DNA from: an uncultured Pseudomonadota bacterium
GTDB lineage: Bacteria; Oederibacteriota; Muellerivitia; Muellerivitales; Muellerivitaceae
Reading direction: 5' to 3'
Assembly: GCA_963843375.1 (NCBI GenBank)
Contig: CAWJKT010000014.1
Coordinates: 128,001 to 192,000, forward strand
DNA length: 64,000 nucleotides
Made by a program: the position numbers and the translations under genes. The notes beneath the pieces are model-generated. The model worked only from the letters and a program-made list of their open reading frames with translations, did no database searches and was not told the origin of the DNA. Below are positions 20,674-32,900 of the stretch, one piece after another (positions within the stretch are counted from its first letter, which is position 1; each line of letters starts with the position of its first letter).

Positions 20674-21413
20674 TTTCTTACCTTGCTTAAAATGAGATTG
20701 ACCTTTTTCGTTCTGCCGGATTTAACCGTCACTATGGAGTCAACGGGCTGCCAAAAATCGTGCCAGGCTTCCAAGGTATAGGTGCCTGGAGGAATACCCT
20801 TTATACGGAAAGGTTCTCCTGGTGTTACCACGGTGAAAAATGGATTTTGCAAGACCAAAATGTTGCTGGTCATCTTCGGGTGGATTTCACAATAAAGTTT
20901 TACCGGAATTTCAACATGGCTGAAGGTTACGGACTTGGTCTCGCCATTTTTGCGGCGTCCTAGATCAAACTTTGGATTTTCCTCGGAGTTGGAAAAAACA
21001 TTATGATAAATGGGGTCGTGATTGGTGAAATCCACGGTTGTTCCGGCCAAGACGGGAAGGACATGGTGAGTAAACCGAGTAAATTTTTGATCCAATTTTG
21101 CGTGTGTATGGGGGGCATCCCAGTGACCGGGAACCTTCTGGAGGTAAACCACTATTTCTTCGGGCAGGGGTGGGGCTTTAGGTAAAGTCTGGCTGTTGTT
21201 ATTGGAACCTCCGTAATCATCGTAGCCGTCTGAAGAGGAATTGTCCTCATCCATTGCATCATGGGTTTCGACTTCCTTGCGGGCGGGAGCGGTCACGCTG
21301 ATGGTGCCTTCGAGAATCCCCGTGGAATGGGCCCAAAGCGGGCCATAGGATACTGTCGCAAGGGCTAAAAGGCTCCAAAAGGTGATGGAACGTTTTTGAA
21401 TCGAGCCTTTCAT
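20670..21413 (-). CDS. Exported cupredoxin-like (MauL-like) protein with carboxypeptidase-regulatory-like domain
   Basis: LDQK..F..HVLPVLAGTTVDFTNHDPIYHNVFS, YCEIHPKM, IPPGTYTLEAWH. Confidence 0.8.
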   Translation of the reverse strand: MKGSIQKRSITFWSLLALATVSYGPLWAHSTGILEGTISVTAPARKEVETHDAMDEDNSSSDGYDDYGGSNNNSQTLPKAPPLPEEIVVYLQKVPGHWDAPHTHAKLDQKFTRFTHHVLPVLAGTTVDFTNHDPIYHNVFSNSEENPKFDLGRRKNGETKSVTFSHVEIPVKLYCEIHPKMTSNILVLQNPFFTVVTPGEPFRIKGIPPGTYTLEAWHDFWQPVDSIVTVKSGRTKKVNLILSKVRK

Positions 21414-21581
21414 GAACTCCCCCTAATGGATTGATTAAAGGCATTTCATTATAGTGGAAAGAAGATAGTTAATGTTACAGCCGATTAAAAAGCCGACCAG
21501 ATTATATAGAAGGAAGTGGAAGTGGTTTCCCTGTCTCAAAACCCTAAGAATGACGAGTTCAGTAACTGGAAGATATAGCTT

Positions 21582-22883
21582 TTAGAATTTAACGTCGACT
21601 TCAGTGGCTAGAGTGTAGCGGTTGGTTCCGGGGCTCGGGTCTATCCCGATGGCAGGTTGGATGAGGGTGATCCAATCATTGTCCCCCTCTATTTTAAAAA
21701 TGGTGTTCTTGCCCAGCTTGTAACCGAGGGCAATGCCGGCACGGGAAAAGGATTCGACGTCGTAGCCAAATTCGGTCGCATTATCGTAATCTCCGCCGAA
21801 CATATAACCTTCATTCTCGTCGAATGTGCCAATGGCACTATAACGGCCGCAAATATAAAGCTCCCTTGTAAAATCAAACTTCGCTTCCCCGAAATAATAG
21901 GTTAGGGTGCGGGCAAAGGGAGCAACATCATTAATATAAACCATTCCAAAGTCGCCCTTCAATTGGAGGGGGCCTAATTTGATACGGCCGTCACCCTGCC
22001 AAGCCTGGAAATCCACCATGGCGCTGGGACTCACGCCCAAGACGGAAGGACTAACTATGGAACCAACTGGCGTAATGTCGACGCTGTCAAAGTTCAAGTT
22101 GGACGCGGCATGGTTTCCGCCATTCATGCCACTTAAAGCGAAATGGAGCCAGTTGGTGGGATTGAAAGTTATCTTGGCATTTAGGGACTTGTCGGTGCTG
22201 TCGTCGTGGTCTAAGAAGGGTGTCGCCAAACCGTCGGTAATCGAAGCTTGCCAGCCTATTGAACCCGAATGGCCGAAGATCAGGACGCCCTGGCTGAAAC
22301 CCCATGGCCATTCGGCGGTTCTCAAGATCATCGGGTTATTGATGGGATATTGCCACAAATACTCATCTCCATAAGGGAGATCGATTCGGCCCACCCGGAG
22401 GGATAAGAGGTTTCCGGTCTGAAGGGGATCCTTGAATTGAACGTAGAGGTCCTTCAAGGTAACCGCTTGGTTGTAAAGAAAAAGCTCGTTGTAGACTGAA
22501 ATGTCATTGTCCACTTGGGCGTTTAGGAAGAGGCCGGCCCCGAAGAGCCTTTCCCCAGCGTAAAAATGCCCATCGGTTTCAGATCCACTCGATCCTGTTT
22601 TCACGTAACCCGCATTGGTAAACCCGCTGAGCTTAAAGTTGTCCGTCCATTGACCTGTTGAGTCATTGGAGGTGGCGACAGGGGTGCCCTGATTGAGCTG
22701 ATTGTCTCCACCTTCGCCGGTGGAGGACTGTCCCCAAAGAGGGACGCTCAGTGGAAAAAGGGAAAGAAAAAAGCAAAAAGGAAAAAGGCGGCTGATTTTG
22801 AAATTTTCCATCCTTTTGAAGCCTCCGTAATCTGACCTGGTAGTGGTATAGTCCCAGTCTTTATTCAGCAAAAACCTGGGCAA
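21582..22883 (-). CDS. Outer-membrane porin-like beta-barrel
   Basis: Signal peptide, LRVGRIDLPYG motif, C-terminal EVDVKF. True start probably ATG at 22811. Confidence 0.75.
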   Translation of the reverse strand: MPRFLLNKDWDYTTTRSDYGGFKRMENFKISRLFPFCFFLSLFPLSVPLWGQSSTGEGGDNQLNQGTPVATSNDSTGQWTDNFKLSGFTNAGYVKTGSSGSETDGHFYAGERLFGAGLFLNAQVDNDISVYNELFLYNQAVTLKDLYVQFKDPLQTGNLLSLRVGRIDLPYGDEYLWQYPINNPMILRTAEWPWGFSQGVLIFGHSGSIGWQASITDGLATPFLDHDDSTDKSLNAKITFNPTNWLHFALSGMNGGNHAASNLNFDSVDITPVGSIVSPSVLGVSPSAMVDFQAWQGDGRIKLGPLQLKGDFGMVYINDVAPFARTLTYYFGEAKFDFTRELYICGRYSAIGTFDENEGYMFGGDYDNATEFGYDVESFSRAGIALGYKLGKNTIFKIEGDNDWITLIQPAIGIDPSPGTNRYTLATEVDVKF

Positions 22884-23092
22884 TTCGCAGGTTAATTATA
22901 TTGTCTTTAATCCACTTTCTCTATTCTGTTCCTTGTTAAAAATCCCCATTCTGTTATTAGGATATTTTTTAAAAAGGCGCGGGGAGATGTCCATTTATCA
23001 GACTTTTTTACCTTCAAGTTATAAAAGCTGGGGTGGTTTTTTGCTTTATCTACTATATAATTCTCCCGCCTTTATCTTTCCTTGGAGAAATT

Positions 23093-24619
23093 ATGTTTTC
23101 AGTGGATTCGACATCAAAAAAATATTTGGCTCTGGCCCGCCTTCTTTTTTGTTAGGAACGGCCATGGGCTGGTCTCAAACCTCCGGAAGTTCAACTGATT
23201 TCAATCTGCCGGTCGTGGAAAAGGTCCTGAAGAACGGTCTTCGGGTTTTGATCGTCGAACGCCCCGGCGTCCCCGTCGTTTCCTTCTCTTTCATGATGCC
23301 CGTGGGGGCGCAGGACGCGCCTAAAGGCAAGACAGGGCTTCCCCACATGCTGGAACACATGATGTTCAAGGGTACGGAAACCATCGGCACCAAGGATTAC
23401 CAGAAGGAAAAGCCCATACTCGAACAAATGGACCGGGTGGCGGTGGAGATGAACGAGGAAAAGGCCAAGCTGGAGCCTTCCCCGGACCAGTTGAAGAAAT
23501 TGGCGGAGGAAATGAAACAACTCGAGGAGAAACACCACATGGTCGTGGTGAAAGACGAGCTTTCCTCCATCTATACCCTTAATGGTGGACAGAGCTTGAA
23601 CGCCTGGACCAGCCAGGACGTGACCGATTATCACATCACCCTGCCCGTCAATAAGGTCTTGCTTTACGCCACGGTCGAGAAAGACCGTTTAAGCCACCCG
23701 GTGTTCCGTGAGTTTTATTCCGAAAGAAACGTGGTGGCCCAGGAGCGCCGGTGGCGAACCGAATCCAGCCCCGAGGGGAAACTGGACGAGGCCTTGGAAT
23801 CCACGGCTTTCATGGCGAGCCCTTATCGTGATCCGGCTATCGGCTGGATGTCGGATATTTTCAAGCTGACCCGGCCCGACGCAGTGGCCTTTTACCGGCA
23901 AACTTATCGCCCCGACCGGGGTGTCTTGGCGATCGTGGGAGGAATTAAGGCCGCCGAAATCATTCCCGATCCTGGAAAAGACATTGGGAACCGTACCTAA
24001 TCCTAAAGTTGCCCCTCTCAAGCAGGATTGGACCCAGGAACCTCCACAAGAAGGACAAAAGACTGTCCATGTTCAATTCGATTCCGATCCCATCGTCATG
24101 ATGGGCTGGCACATGCCCAACTTCCCCCACAAAGATTCCGTCGCCCTGGATGTTCTCTCGACCATCCTGACGACGGGTAATACCTCCCGCCTCACGAAAG
24201 ACCTGATTTTCTCCAAAAAAATGGTGACTTCGATTTCGGCTTCCACGGGTTATCCCGGCGACCGGAGTCCGAATCTTTTCACGATGGAGTTTACCCCTGC
24301 GCCTAAACAAGATTCGGATGCGGTGATTGCGGCCATTGACGGGGAAATCGCCGATATTCAAGCCAAAGGAGTTCTGCCTGAAGAATTGGAAAGGGCCCGA
24401 CGAAACGCGGAATCTACCTTCCTTTGGGGAAAAACCTCTACTTCGGGTTTGGCCCAGGACTTAGCTTATAACCAGGCGGTACATGGGGATTGGCGTTATC
24501 TGGTGAAATACCTTGAGATGGTTCGTGCACTTACCTCCAAAGACATACAAGACGTTGCCAATCAATACCTAGTTTCCAAGAACCGGACGATTGCTTACCT
24601 TGAAAGGTCCGCCAAATGA
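23093..24619 (+). CDS. M16 zinc peptidase, catalytic subunit (frameshifts near 23135-23150 and 23965)
   Basis: HMLEH inverted zinc motif, LNAWTS, SERNVVAQERR in ORF 22933-24000; the C-half is ORF 23921-24619. GGAG plus ATG at 23093 opens a signal peptide in another frame. Confidence 0.85.
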
Positions 24620-26037
24620 GAAACCCAGTCATCCGGTGTTTTGTTTTCTCGGTAGCTCTTTTATTTTGCGGTGAAAATAATAATGTTTTCGCAAAACCTC
24701 CAATTGTTCCGGAAACGGCTCCGTTGGAGATCCCAATACCCCATTTTGACGTCAAGACGCTTTCTTGCGGTTTAAAAGTTTTATTTTTAAAAAATGACGA
24801 GATGCCCTTGGTGTCCGTCAACCTTTCGGTTCCGGGTGGGGATTCGATGGATCCGGAAGGGAAGGAGGGGTTGGTGGCCCTGATGAACGCGACAATGCGC
24901 GATGGGGGAGCTGGAAATCTTTCTCCCGAGGAATTTGATGAAGCATTAGAAAATCGCGCCGCTTCTATGACGGCTTCAGCCGACCACGAATCCTTCACAG
25001 CTGGATTTAATTGCCTGGCGGGCGACTTTTCAGAAATCCTCAAGCTTTTCGCCGATATGGTGCTTCATCCCCGGTTTGATTTAAAACGCATGGAAACCTC
25101 CCGATTGGACGCCATCGACGGCCTCCAGCGCCTGGAAGGGACGCCCGATGAATTAACCCGTGTCACTTTTGTGAAGGCCTTGTTCAGCGATAGTCCCTAT
25201 GGTCGGTGGGCCAGCCCCGCCAGCGTCCAAAAAATCACGCGGGATGACATGGTGAGCTATTACCAAAGTCATTACGGGCCCCAGGGTTCGGTTTTGACGG
25301 TCGCCGGAAACTTTGATGAAGCAGAGGTTTTGAAACAGTTGGAATCCCTCTTCTCGGATTGGAAAAAACAAGAGGCTGTTCCCTCAATGGCCGATTCGAA
25401 ACCCTTAGGGCCGACCATTTATTTCTTCCCGAAGGACGTAAGCCAGGTATTCATTCGTTATGGAGTCCTGGGATTGAAACGTCATGATCCCCGGGATATT
25501 CCTCTTCAGGTGGCTAATTACATTCTTGGCGGATCGGGCTTTACCTCCCGTCTAATGCATCAAATTCGTTCGGATCGAGGCTTGGCTTATTTCGTGGACA
25601 GCGTTGTGTTGCCCTATAACATTAAGGGTTTGTTTGAAGTTATCGGCGGTACTCGGCCTGATTCCGTAAAAGAGTTTCTCACAGTTATGTTTCAAGTGCT
25701 GGGGGATTTCGCTAAGGATGGTCCAACCCAAGAAGAGTTGGCCCAGGCCCAGCGGTCCATGGTGGAAGAATTTGCCTATAACTTCGAGTCGCCTTACACC
25801 TTGGCGACCTTCAAAGCGTCCCTGGATTTTCACGGCTACCCAGACGATTATCTTTCCACCTACCGTAAACAGGTGAAGGATGTCACTCGGGAAGAAGCTA
25901 CCCGGGCCGCTAGCGATATTCTTTCCGAAAAGGAATGGGTCTTGGTGGTTTGCGGTCCCGCGGCTTTGGAACCGGAATTGTCCAACTTTGGAAAAGTCGT
26001 CAAAGTGAACAACATCTTTGAACCCCTTGGGAAATAA
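24616..26037 (+). CDS. M16 peptidase non-catalytic partner subunit
   Basis: ILGGSGFTSRLMHQIRSDRGLAY motif, no HxxEH, overlaps the upstream stop. Confidence 0.9.
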   Translation: MRNPVIRCFVFSVALLFCGENNNVFAKPPIVPETAPLEIPIPHFDVKTLSCGLKVLFLKNDEMPLVSVNLSVPGGDSMDPEGKEGLVALMNATMRDGGAGNLSPEEFDEALENRAASMTASADHESFTAGFNCLAGDFSEILKLFADMVLHPRFDLKRMETSRLDAIDGLQRLEGTPDELTRVTFVKALFSDSPYGRWASPASVQKITRDDMVSYYQSHYGPQGSVLTVAGNFDEAEVLKQLESLFSDWKKQEAVPSMADSKPLGPTIYFFPKDVSQVFIRYGVLGLKRHDPRDIPLQVANYILGGSGFTSRLMHQIRSDRGLAYFVDSVVLPYNIKGLFEVIGGTRPDSVKEFLTVMFQVLGDFAKDGPTQEELAQAQRSMVEEFAYNFESPYTLATFKASLDFHGYPDDYLSTYRKQVKDVTREEATRAASDILSEKEWVLVVCGPAALEPELSNFGKVVKVNNIFEPLGK

Positions 26038-26090
26038 GCCCTTTTCAAATTAACCCTAATTCATTAAAATCAGCGTCCTTCAAAGGTAGT

Positions 26091-26165
26091 GGCCCCATCG
26101 TCTAACGGTTAGGACGGATGGTTCTCAGCCATTAAATCGGGGTTCGATTCCCCGTGGGGCTACCA
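26091..26165 (+). tRNA. tRNA-Glu(CTC)
   Basis: GGCCCCA/TGGGGCT acceptor stem, D arm, anticodon arm GATGG-TTCTCAG-CCATT, GGTTCGATTCC T-loop, encoded CCA. Confidence 0.97.
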
Positions 26166-26208
26166 TTATTTTGAAGCCGGGTAATGATTTTGGAAGGTGA
26201 GAGCTCTA

Positions 26209-26226
26209 AATCTAATCCTGATCTAA
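26209..26226 (+). repeat. Arm-like paired motif AATCTAATCCT-GATCTAA (copy 1)
   Basis: GATCTAA starts 60 bp after the GGGGC of the tRNA 3' end. Confidence 0.7.
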
Positions 26227-26530
26227 CGTTCTTTCCTTGGATTAAGGGTTCTCTTAATAAATAGTTTCTTCATTTTGCCCACTTTTTAAATCCTACGTGT
26301 CGTTACCCTAGTTGGTCATATATATAGATAGAAATAGCAAAATTTTGACCGATTTTTTTCCTTAGTCTTCCTTTTGATCTAAATTTTATTCTAAAACAAT
26401 ATATTTTGAAGGTCTTTTTTAAAGTCTCCCCTCATTTACACTTATTAAGACATGATATTTAAACCTGATTTTGACTAGGTTACGCTTGGAATAGTTAGTT
26501 GAATAACCAAAAAAAGCTTGTTAATTCCTC

Positions 26531-26592
26531 TTGTTACACTTCGGTCGAAGCATAATGGCTATAACTAAGATTCCAATCTATTTTTGATCTAA
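26531..26592 (+). repeat. Collapsed junction relic: TTGTTACACTTCGGTCGAA plus AATCTATTTTT-GATCTAA, without att core
   Basis: 17/19 match to TTGTTACGCTTCGGACGAA at 34204, followed by the arm-like pair. Confidence 0.5.
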
Positions 26593-26918
26593 TATTTTTG
26601 TTCTAATCTCATTTTGAGCCATTACCGCTTGGGTTAAAAACGCGTTAAGTAACCGTTATCCACGACGAGGCCCGGATTGGATTGAAAGTGTAGAATGCTG
26701 ACTCTGATTCGTAGGTTGAATTACTGATAGAGACACACTTTGGCGCAATGAAATTAACCCTTTTTGGGTGGGTTTGGAGATGGTTATTATTTTTGGGTTC
26801 TTTATTGCAATTCCTGTCAGGATCAATCAGAATCCCGCTCAAGTTTTTAAAGAAGACCGTTGCCGCGGTCCGGCGATCATTAAATTAAATTCATTGGTTT
26901 GAGTTTTAACTTAATCGG

Positions 26919-29900
26919 GTGTTCGAAATGCTCTGCGACTCAAAAACCGATCCTCTCCCTTATCGTCCGTATCCTTTCGTAAATTTTTTTTTCGCCGTAC
27001 TTTTATTTTATGTTTTATTCATCCCCCGCCTCCTTTTCGCTCAAACCGCTCCCGTCACGGTCAATAGTATCAGTGGGGGCACGGGGACAGGAACCTTCAA
27101 CGATTCCTTCAACGCCATTAACGCCCAGAGCGGCGGCGGAACCATTCAGCTGAATCTTCCCTATAGTTCCAACCTCATTGTGGAAAGCCTTCAATGGGCT
27201 CCGGTCACCCAAAACCTTACCCTCTTGACCACGTCTCCCGTGATCGTGGAAACGGGAGGAATCAACTTAAACGGTAACAGTTTCCTCAGTTTCGGCAATT
27301 TGACGGTGGGATCGGGCATTACTTTTACCTTCTCCAACCTAGATGCCGCCACCAACGGCAATCCCCAAAACGTCATCAGCGATTCCGCTTCCTTAACTTT
27401 GACCTCCCTTACTTTAAACTCAGGTTCAGCTTTTGGGATTGAATACGGGGCGGAAGGCGATGGAGCGACTGGGCAGCCGGGCGATACGGGGGCCTTTGGC
27501 GGATCAGCCTTTGTCACCGTGAGTGGCGGTGTGAGCGTCAATTCGGGTTCTGAATTTTATGACGTCGCCGGAACTGGCGGGGACGGCGGAGGAGCCGCCG
27601 TGGGTAACGGCGGCAACGCTGGAAACGGCGGTAACTCAAGTCTGGGGGCGGGTTCCATGTTCGTCCAAGGATCGGGCGCGGTGGCGGTCATCCAGGGTGG
27701 TGATGGTGGTCCTGGGGGGGACCCAGGCGTAGGTTTTGTCAGCGGCACCGGTGGTAGCGGCGGGTCAGCTTCGGCAACGGTGGGTTCACTCAACATCGCC
27801 CAGGGCGGGTCGGTGAGTGTCATTGGTGGCACGGGCGGAAATTCCTACAACGAAGGAAACACGGGTGCGGGGGGTTGGGCAAGTCTTGCGGATAATTCGG
27901 TTTCCGTCGGTCAGGCGACGCTGGAAGTTCAGGGCGGTGCCGGCGCCGACAATGGGTATGGAGGTTCCAACGGGGGATCGGCGACCCTGGTGGTTTCGGG
28001 TGCGATCAGCGTGAGCGGCTCCTTGGTAAGCGTATCCGGGGGTAGCGGCGGCAACGGCGAAAGCAACCCGGGGGGCGGTTACAATGGCTCCAACGGCGGG
28101 ACCGCCTCCGCTTCGGCGGGCTCTCTCGTTTTGCAAAGTTCTTCCTTCGATGTGCTGGGTGGGCAAGGCGGTTCGGGCGGCAATGGCCCCGAAGGCAATT
28201 CCCCCACGGGAACCAACGGCAATAGCGGTGGCGACGGCGGAGCCGGAGGAGCAGGCGGCTCGGGCGCTAACGCAAGCGTGAGTCTGGGTACTTTGACAAC
28301 GAGCGGTTCCGGAGTCACTTTGGAGGTCATTGGTGGCACCGGAGGAAATGGTGCAACCGGCGGCGGCGGCGGCAACGGCGATTCGGGTGATTCAGGAGGA
28401 GATTCCAACGGTCTTTCCGGTTCCGGATCAGGGAGTCCCGGTGGCGGCGGCGGAACTGGCGGCGGCGGCGGCAACAGCGGTGCCGGGGGAAACGCCGCAT
28501 TAACGGCAACTACCTTCACTCTTAATTCCACAAATTCATTTTTTGATATCCAGGGTGGCAATGGCGGTAACGGAGGTGTTGGGGGACAGGGAGGATCCGG
28601 GGGATTGGGCGGCAATGGAGGCAGCGGTTCGGGAGGTTATGGCGGCAGTAACGGCGCTTCAAGTGGAAATGGTAATTGGGGCGGAGTTGGAGGCTATGGG
28701 GCGGGAGCTGGGAACGCCTCCGTGAGCCTGGTTTCCTTCACCATGTCCGGGGCGGGAGACGAGTTTTCGGTTACCGGAGGCAATGGCGGCAATGCGGCGC
28801 AAAGTGGCGCCGGTGGAAACGAGCCGTCCAACAATGGGTCAACGATTTATGACTCAGGAGGCAACGCCGGGGGTGCCTTTGTAAACGGCGGCGAAGGTGC
28901 ATCCGCCGGCACGGCGGGAAACGGTAATGTCGCACAGGATGGCGGCGACGGTGGCAGCGCTTTGGTCACCATGGGTTCCATCACCCTTGGAACGGCGGGA
29001 GTGACGACCGCCACTCTCTTCAACGTCATCGGCGGCAACGGCGGTTCCAACGGCATCGGCAGCAATGGCGGTGACGCCTCTGTTGCTTACGGGGGAAATT
29101 CCGGCAATGACAACGCCACACTCAGCAATGGATTCCAGGGAGGAACCGGTGGTAATGGCGGAGCGGGGGGGGCCGGGGCCGGTGACGACGATTTCGGCCT
29201 GGGTGGAAATGCCTCCGTGGTTTCTGGCAGCATCACCCTTTTTTCGGGGGCGGATTTCAACGTTCAGGGTGGGGCAGGGGGAGTAGTCACGACAATCGGT
29301 GGGGCGACTATTGTCGAAAGTGGCGGCGCAGGTGGCTACGCCGGAACGGCCGGTACGGGCGGCGGCGGTAGCTGGCTTTATGGCGCTTGCGACACTTGTC
29401 AAACGGGCAATGGGGGTGATGGCGGCTCAGCGCAAGGGGGCGGCGCGGGCGGCGATGGCAGTGACGGAGGAAGTGCGGCGGTTTCAGCGGGAAGTTTACA
29501 AATGGCCTCAGCGGTCACTTTTACGGTGATTGGGGGAGAAGGTGGATGGGGTGGACAGGGAGGCAATGGCGGCGTTGGCGGCGCGGGCGGCGCGGCTGGT
29601 GGAATGGGTTCGGCCACGGACAGCTATGGTGGAAACGGGGCATCGGGTTCCTCAGGAGGTTACGGGAATCTCGGCGGCGAGGGTGGAGCAGGGGGCGCGG
29701 CGGCGTTGGCCCTTGGAAACCTAAGCCTGGGTGCATCGGACAGTATCGCGATTCAGGGCGGAAGCGGAGGCAATGGTGGCGGGGGTGGAGCTGGCTACGC
29801 CGGTGGCGCGGGCGCTGATGGGGCAAGTGCCTCCAGTACCGGTCAAGGCGGAGGTGACGGTGGCAACGGCGGTGCGGGCGGATCCGGTGCGGGCGGCGGT

Positions 29901-32900
29901 GATGGCGGTGACGGCGGATCGGCGACTTTGCTGGTCACGGGTGCGGTCAGCCTTTCCCAGGGAGACAACTTTTCCATAATAGGTGGCGGGGGCGGTGCCG
30001 GCGGTGCGGGCGGCGAGGGGGGTACCGGTGGAAACGGCGCTAATGGCGGCAATGGAGTTTTAGACACAGCCGGTGCGGGCGGCACGGGTGGAGACGGGGG
30101 TTTTGCCGGTTCTGGCGGTGCTGGCGGTAATGGCGGCGACGCTCTTGTGACGTTGGGTTCCTTGGCGATGGCGGATGGAGGCGTCACACTTACGATCCAG
30201 GGTGGCGTGGGCGGGCAGGGTGGAGTGGCCGGTGCCGCTGGAAGTGCCGGAACCGCAGGTAATCCCGGAGGGGGTTTTGGGAACAACGGGGCCCCTGGCG
30301 GATCGGGTTTATCTCCGGGTAGCGGTATCCCTGGTGGTTACGGAGGCTTCGGTGGCTTCGGTGGCGAAGGGGGAAGCGCCTCCTTAACCGTCGGGTCTCT
30401 CACCGTCGGTCAGGACGACTCGCTGGACATTATGGGAGGAAATGGGGGAGTGGGAGCCAACGGCAATGACGGTACCACTGCTACTGGGGGCTCCAACGCC
30501 ACTCAAAGTTGTTGCCAAGGGGCTTCTGGCGGGACCGGAGGCGATGGCGGTTGGGGAGGTTATGGTGGAGTTCCCGTGACCTATCTTTCCAACGGCCAAA
30601 CCATCACCGAAATAGTATCAGGGGGCGATACTTACCTGGCGGTTTATGGAACGGCCAGCCTGGCTTCCGGCTCGATCGTCAACGTGGTTGGTGGTGCGGG
30701 AGTAACGGGCGGTTCCGGTGGATCAGGCGGTTCCGGCGGATCGGGTGCGAGCGGAGGGACCGGAGGCGACGGTGGCGCAGGCGGCAACGGGGGTCTTGGC
30801 GGGGGCGGCGGAAACGGTGGAAGCGCATCGGTGAGCCTGGGTTCTCTTCAGATGGCAAAGGGCGTGACTTTCAATGTGATTGGCGGGATTGGGGGAGAAG
30901 GCGGAGCCAGCGGTTCCGGGGCTCCCGGTGGAATAGCGGGTGCGGCGGTGACTTCCGGTTCAGGAGCCCAGTGGGTCAATTTAGGATTTACCCTGCTTTC
31001 CCTGGCCTTGGCTGCGACCAATCCCGCAAACGCCGAATTGGTCTTCGCCAATAAAATGATTGGTTACGAATTAAAGGCAGCTCAAAACGCCACCAAACTT
31101 CTCAGCCTGGGCCCTAACAACAATAGTAACCCGGATATCCCCACCAATGGCCCCGGCGGGCCTTGGGGCGGAGGTGGAATCGGCGGCAACGGAGGTGACG
31201 CTTCATTCACTTCGGCCCTGGTGAACATGGATTCGACATCGGCCTCCAATGACGACCTGCTGGTGGTGAAGGCGGGGGATGGTTTCATCGGCGGATATGG
31301 CGGGGGGCCGGGGGTCACGGTCGTGGGTCAAACTCCGGGTTTGACGGGCCCGGGCGGCCAGGGCGGTGACGGTGGGACGGCATCGGTGAGTCTGGGGACC
31401 CTGGAGATGGGAACGGGCTCGGGGGTCAGCGTCATTGGCGGCGATGCGGGTGACGGTGGAGCGGGCTTTTATATCAATTCCGCGAGCGACGCGGTCGGGG
31501 CGGGCGGTCAGGGCGGCGTCGGCGGAGACGCGGACGTGACAGTCGGTTCCCTCATGATGAACGCCGCAGGGATGTGGGTGACTGCGGGAGCGGGTGGAAC
31601 CGGCGGGACGGGTGGAGACGGCAATAATGGCGGGAACGCTTTCGTCGCCCTGGGTTCCCTCAACGCCTCCGGGGGCTCCACGGTCTTAGTGGCTGCGGGA
31701 TCGGGCGGCAACGACAACACCGTGGGCAGCGGCGGTGCGGGTGGATTCAGCGGTTTTAGCGCGGACAGCGTGACCCTTTCCTCCTCCATCCTCAATATGA
31801 TCGGAGGCAGCGGCGGGAGCGCCGTTTCGAATTCCGGCGGTTTAAACGGGGCCGATGGCGGCAGCGCAGCCATGACGGTCGGGCAGACGCTGGTGGTTTC
31901 CAATTCGACCTTGTCAATACAGGGGGGCCAAGGCGGTAACGCCTTCCAATACAACAATGGCACAGGTGGCGTGGGCGGCGGGGCCAGTCTGGCGGCGGCC
32001 ACCCTCAACTTATCCTCAGGTTCAATCAACTTGTTGGCTGGCAATGGCAATGCCAGTGGTGGACAGCAAACCGGTGCCCTGGGAGGCACGGCCTATTTGG
32101 CCGCTAACAGCGCCTCGATAAACGGATCTGTAATCCTCCAGGGAGGCAACGGTGGCAACGGTGGTTCAGGGCTCACGAATCCTTCGACCTCGGGCGGGAA
32201 CGGCGGGATTGGCGGGGACGCTTTGGTAACCCTGGGCTCCCTTTCGATGGGCTCTTCGGGTTTACTGCAGGTCACGGCGGGCGCGGCGGGCCTGGGCGAG
32301 GTTGACGGAACCAACGGGACTGCTGGCGATGCGACCATCATGATCGGATTCCTGGACGGGTCGGGAACTGTGACAATGAGTGGAAACATCCTTACGCTCC
32401 AGGTGGATAACGGGTATTTCAGCGGGGTAATCGCGGGCAATGAGGGGCTGGAGGTCGGCGGAGGGGCGCTAACTTTAGCTGGCGCCAATACCTATAGTGG
32501 CGGAACAACTTTGGAAAGCGGGGTCCTCGCCCTTTGGAACGACAACGCCCTAGGCACGGGCGGTTTGATGGTTACCAACGGAACCTTGGAAGTCGGGAAC
32601 GGGTTGGCAGTTTCGATTGGGGGAAATTACACTCAATCGGCTGGAGCAACTCTTCAACTGAATTTGGGAGGCGTGTTATCGGGCAGTTCGGATGGCCTGA
32701 GGGTGGCCAATACGGCTACTTTGGGCGGGGACTTGCAATTGGTTTCCGGCAATGGGGCCTTCTTCCAGGCCCATGGCCTGGAGACCTTCGAAATATTATC
32801 GGCCGGTACGGCCGTGACTGGAACCTTCGCTGGGCTGGTGGAAGGAATATCTGCTAATTCGGTTTCGCTGGTTTACGAACCTAAGGAAGTATTGTTGGAG

